Source of the DNA: Alphaproteobacteria bacterium
Lineage (GTDB): Bacteria; Pseudomonadota; Alphaproteobacteria; RF32; CAG-239
Direction: 5' to 3'
Assembly: GCA_017480745.1 (NCBI GenBank)
Contig: JAFUSA010000031.1
Coordinates: forward strand, 13,792 to 77,791
DNA length: 64,000 bases
In this document: piece after piece, positions 61,530 to 64,000 of the stretch
Numbering within the stretch: the stretch's first letter is position 1
How the letters are laid out: the number at the start of each line of letters is the position of its first letter
Made by a program: the position numbers and the translations under genes
Notes under the pieces: generated by a model
The model's input: only the letters and a program-made list of their open reading frames with translations
The model's database searches: none
What the model was told of the DNA's origin: nothing

Positions 61530-61658
61530 CTATTTTTGTTTTTTAGCTGAGGATTCTTCGGATTCAGAGCTTTTTTTAGAGCAACTACAACCGCTTTGCG
61601 CAGAAAATTGTTTTGAGCTGGTTTCATTTTTAGCCTCTGATTCTTTACTTAACTTCAT
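61530..61658 (-). CDS. 42-aa Ser/Lys/Glu-rich peptide with GCSCS motif
   Basis: Not in the ORF track; AAGGAG SD; MKLSKESEAKNETSSKQFSAQSGCSCSKKSSESEESSAKKQK; its stop overlaps the hsp20 SD. Confidence 0.55.
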   Translation of the reverse strand: MKLSKESEAKNETSSKQFSAQSGCSCSKKSSESEESSAKKQK

Positions 61659-61774
61659 ATTTTTTCTCCTTCTGTTTATTTTCAAAAGCAAAACACAATG
61701 TTTCTACCGCTGATAAAAATAAATATGAAAAAGCAAAATCAAAGGTACCCAATGGTCTATTATAGCCTAAAAAT

Positions 61775-63331
61775 TTATTTTTCTGCCTTGCTTTCGTGAT
61801 ACGTTTTTTCGGTATTAACCTGCCAAATTGCCTTTTTATCGTCAGTTTCACCCAAAATATGCTTAACAGCCATAAAAGAAGTTGCCATAGAGTGATCCAT
61901 ATTGTTATAGCGATGCTGACCGTTTCGCCCGACACAATATAAATTATCAAAATCATTCAAAAAATCTATCAGTTTATCAATATCTTTATATGTATCAAAA
62001 TAAGCAGGATACGCCTTTATAACGCGCTCAACATGCGAATCTTTAACTTCATCAGCAGAAGAAATAACCCCCATTTTGAGCAGCTCGGCAACTCCGAATT
62101 CTTGCCATTTTTCATCATTCATGTTCCACATCTTATCGCCTTCTCGGCAAAAATATTCCAAACCGATCCACACACTTTCTTCCGGTTTGGCTACCATATA
62201 CGGCGACCAGTTGTTGAATATTTGAATACGTCCCAACTTAACTCCCACGTCTTGCACATAAATCCAGCAATCAGGCACAATATTATTAAGTGTTTGCAAT
62301 TTGGTTTTATTTTTCAAATTAAGCCTGCTTAACAATAAACCGACGGTAACAAAATCGCGATACGGTAAACCTTGTGCAATTTCACGTATATTTTCCGGCG
62401 TATCCGGCATTCCCGCAATTAAGTCTTTCAATGGCATGGAAGATATCACAATATCAGCTTCAACTTTTCGTTCCTTACCGTTTTCGCTATAAACAACCTT
62501 GTTTATATGTTTGTCCTTGCAAACAAAAGATGTTACTTTGGCATTTTTAATAATTTTGCCACCCATTTGTTCAATTTGTTCAGCAGCGGTGTTCCACAGC
62601 TGCCCCGGACCGTATTTGGGATAACTAAACTCTTCAATCAACGAAGTTTCTACTGTTTTCGGTTTAAACGGCATAAGTTTACCCAAAATATCTTTCAAAA
62701 TTGCCACAATAGAGAGCCCTTTAACCCTCTGTGCGCCCCAATCGGCAGAGATATCCCGCGGATGCCTCCCCCAAAGTTTTTCAGTATATCCCTCAAAAAA
62801 CATTGAATAGAGCTTGCGTCCGAAGCGATTAATATAAAAGTTTTCAAGTGAACTTTCCGGCAATTTCCGCACTACCGACCATAAGTAACTTAAACCGGCT
62901 TCAATCGTTGTAAACAATCCCATGTTAAGAATGGTGTTAAGATTCATCTTGACCGGATAATCAAAAAACTTGCGTTTATAATAAATACGCGAAACCCTGC
63001 GCCGTTTTAACATAACCACATCTTCTGTTTCCGGATTCGGCCCGTTTGGATTAAGTTCAACATCGCGCTTAATAATTATGTCATCATACGAAGGTTTGCC
63101 CTGCAAAGGCATTAAGTTATTCCACCAACGGTTTACTTCGTCATCTTTGGAAAAAAAACGGTGTCCGCCGATATCCATTCGATTCCCTTTATATTCCACC
63201 GTACGGGAAATACCACCCAAAATGTTATTTTCCTCCAAAACAATTACATCATATTTCTTAGATTTTTTCAGTAATTCATATGCCGCTGTCAAACCGGCCG
63301 GACCGGCGCCTATAACTACAACTTTTTGCAT
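61775..63331 (-). CDS. FAD-dependent oxidoreductase (protoporphyrinogen oxidase/UDP-galactopyranose mutase-like)
   Basis: [37 protein letters not shown]. Confidence 0.87.
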   Translation of the reverse strand: MQKVVVIGAGPAGLTAAYELLKKSKKYDVIVLEENNILGGISRTVEYKGNRMDIGGHRFFSKDDEVNRWWNNLMPLQGKPSYDDIIIKRDVELNPNGPNPETEDVVMLKRRRVSRIYYKRKFFDYPVKMNLNTILNMGLFTTIEAGLSYLWSVVRKLPESSLENFYINRFGRKLYSMFFEGYTEKLWGRHPRDISADWGAQRVKGLSIVAILKDILGKLMPFKPKTVETSLIEEFSYPKYGPGQLWNTAAEQIEQMGGKIIKNAKVTSFVCKDKHINKVVYSENGKERKVEADIVISSMPLKDLIAGMPDTPENIREIAQGLPYRDFVTVGLLLSRLNLKNKTKLQTLNNIVPDCWIYVQDVGVKLGRIQIFNNWSPYMVAKPEESVWIGLEYFCREGDKMWNMNDEKWQEFGVAELLKMGVISSADEVKDSHVERVIKAYPAYFDTYKDIDKLIDFLNDFDNLYCVGRNGQHRYNNMDHSMATSFMAVKHILGETDDKKAIWQVNTEKTYHESKAEK

Positions 63332-63415
63332 TGTTCCTCTCCGTTTTTTGACGTTTTAACCACATTATAACATAAATGAGCAAAATGCAACAGAAAAATA
63401 TTTTACATTTTAGGT

Positions 63416-63443
63416 TTGACTTTTGAATTTTTTGTGATATAGT
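63416..63443 (+). promoter_or_regulatory. Promoter of pilin leader C
   Basis: TTGACT (63416-63421), 16-nt spacer ending TGA, TATAGT (63438-63443). Confidence 0.72.
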
Positions 63444-63449
63444 CGATGG

Positions 63450-63647
63450 AGAACTTCGGTTCGGGGCCTTAGAAAGCTCTTACTACATTCGGTGTTCGAC
63501 ACCGTAACTATATATGATTAAATATCTCCGACTTGGGTTGGGGAGTCGTTAGTGGATGTTCAGGGGCTTTGCCCTAAAGATTAGCGAGATCATTTAATGT
63601 AGTATGATTTTCTAACTCCCCTGCCGCCGTTTGGCGGTCAATTTTTT
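63450..63647 (+). ncRNA. Pilin leader RNA, copy C (candidate riboswitch/attenuator)
   Basis: Starts AGAAC-UUCG-GUUC; pseudoknots UUAGAA/UUCUAA and UACUACAUU/AAUGUAGUA; terminator GCCGCC/GGCGGU-CAAUUUUUU. Confidence 0.85.
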
Positions 63648-63682
63648 AGTGTAAAATAACCTATTAACAGAGGAGATAAATT

Positions 63683-64000
63683 ATGAAAAATTTAAATAAT
63701 ATAAATAATGAATCCGGTCGCAGTATGATTGAAATGTTGGGCGTGTTGGCAATTATCGGTGTTTTGAGCGTTGGCGGAATCGCCGGATATTCCAAAGCCA
63801 TGCAAAAATATCGCATTAATAAAGCCATAGAACAAATAACTCTTATTGCCGGAAATATACGTGCGTTTTTCGGACCGCAGAAGAATTATGTCGGGGTGAG
63901 ATGTGTTTGCGATAACGGTGGTTATACTGGTGAAACTACTAACGATGGCTGTCCGATAATTAAAAAAGCCAAGATATTACCGGATGAAATGATTACTCTC
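63683..64000 (+). CDS. Type IV pilin-like protein (pilin 5, truncated by the window end)
   Basis: Manual translation MKNLNNINNESG/RSMIEMLGVLAIIGVLSVGGIAGYSKAMQKYRINK...KAKILPDEM; GAGGAG SD. Confidence 0.88.
   Translation, partial: MKNLNNINNESGRSMIEMLGVLAIIGVLSVGGIAGYSKAMQKYRINKAIEQITLIAGNIRAFFGPQKNYVGVRCVCDNGGYTGETTNDGCPIIKKAKILPDEMITL

Overview
AT-rich bacterial chromosomal segment; gene content (rpoH, FzlA-like GST, FlhG/MinD-DnaJ pair, TlpA, CtrA-type box, ffs-dnaX-ybaB-recR) points to an Alphaproteobacterium, probably an uncultured Rhodospirillales-like lineage (inference). It is mostly housekeeping: ftsW/mraY, amidases, glgB-glgX-malQ, pfkA, dnaX cluster, tRNA-Ser, SRP RNA, pit, xseA, uppP, tgt, RND efflux, rplQ. 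Five type IV pilin-like paralogues (G/RSMIEMLGVLAIIGVLSVGG) are scattered through it. Main observation: four of the five pilin genes sit behind a TTGACT-N16-extended -10 promoter and a roughly 175-200 nt structured leader RNA. The leader has two long-range pseudoknots whose sequences differ in every copy yet always stay complementary, plus mutually exclusive anti-antiterminator, antiterminator and terminator helices. I do not recognise it as a known RNA family; it looks like an undescribed riboswitch or attenuator controlling a repertoire of variant pilins. The fifth pilin has no leader and may be the constitutive major pilin. Other points: a dnaX A10 slippage site, a REP-like palindrome in opposite orientations in two prepilin leader peptides, Bacteroidota-like small genes with similar 5' UTRs, a TerY-P triad, and a 1185-aa effector-like protein. 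All structures were paired by eye; no database searches were run.
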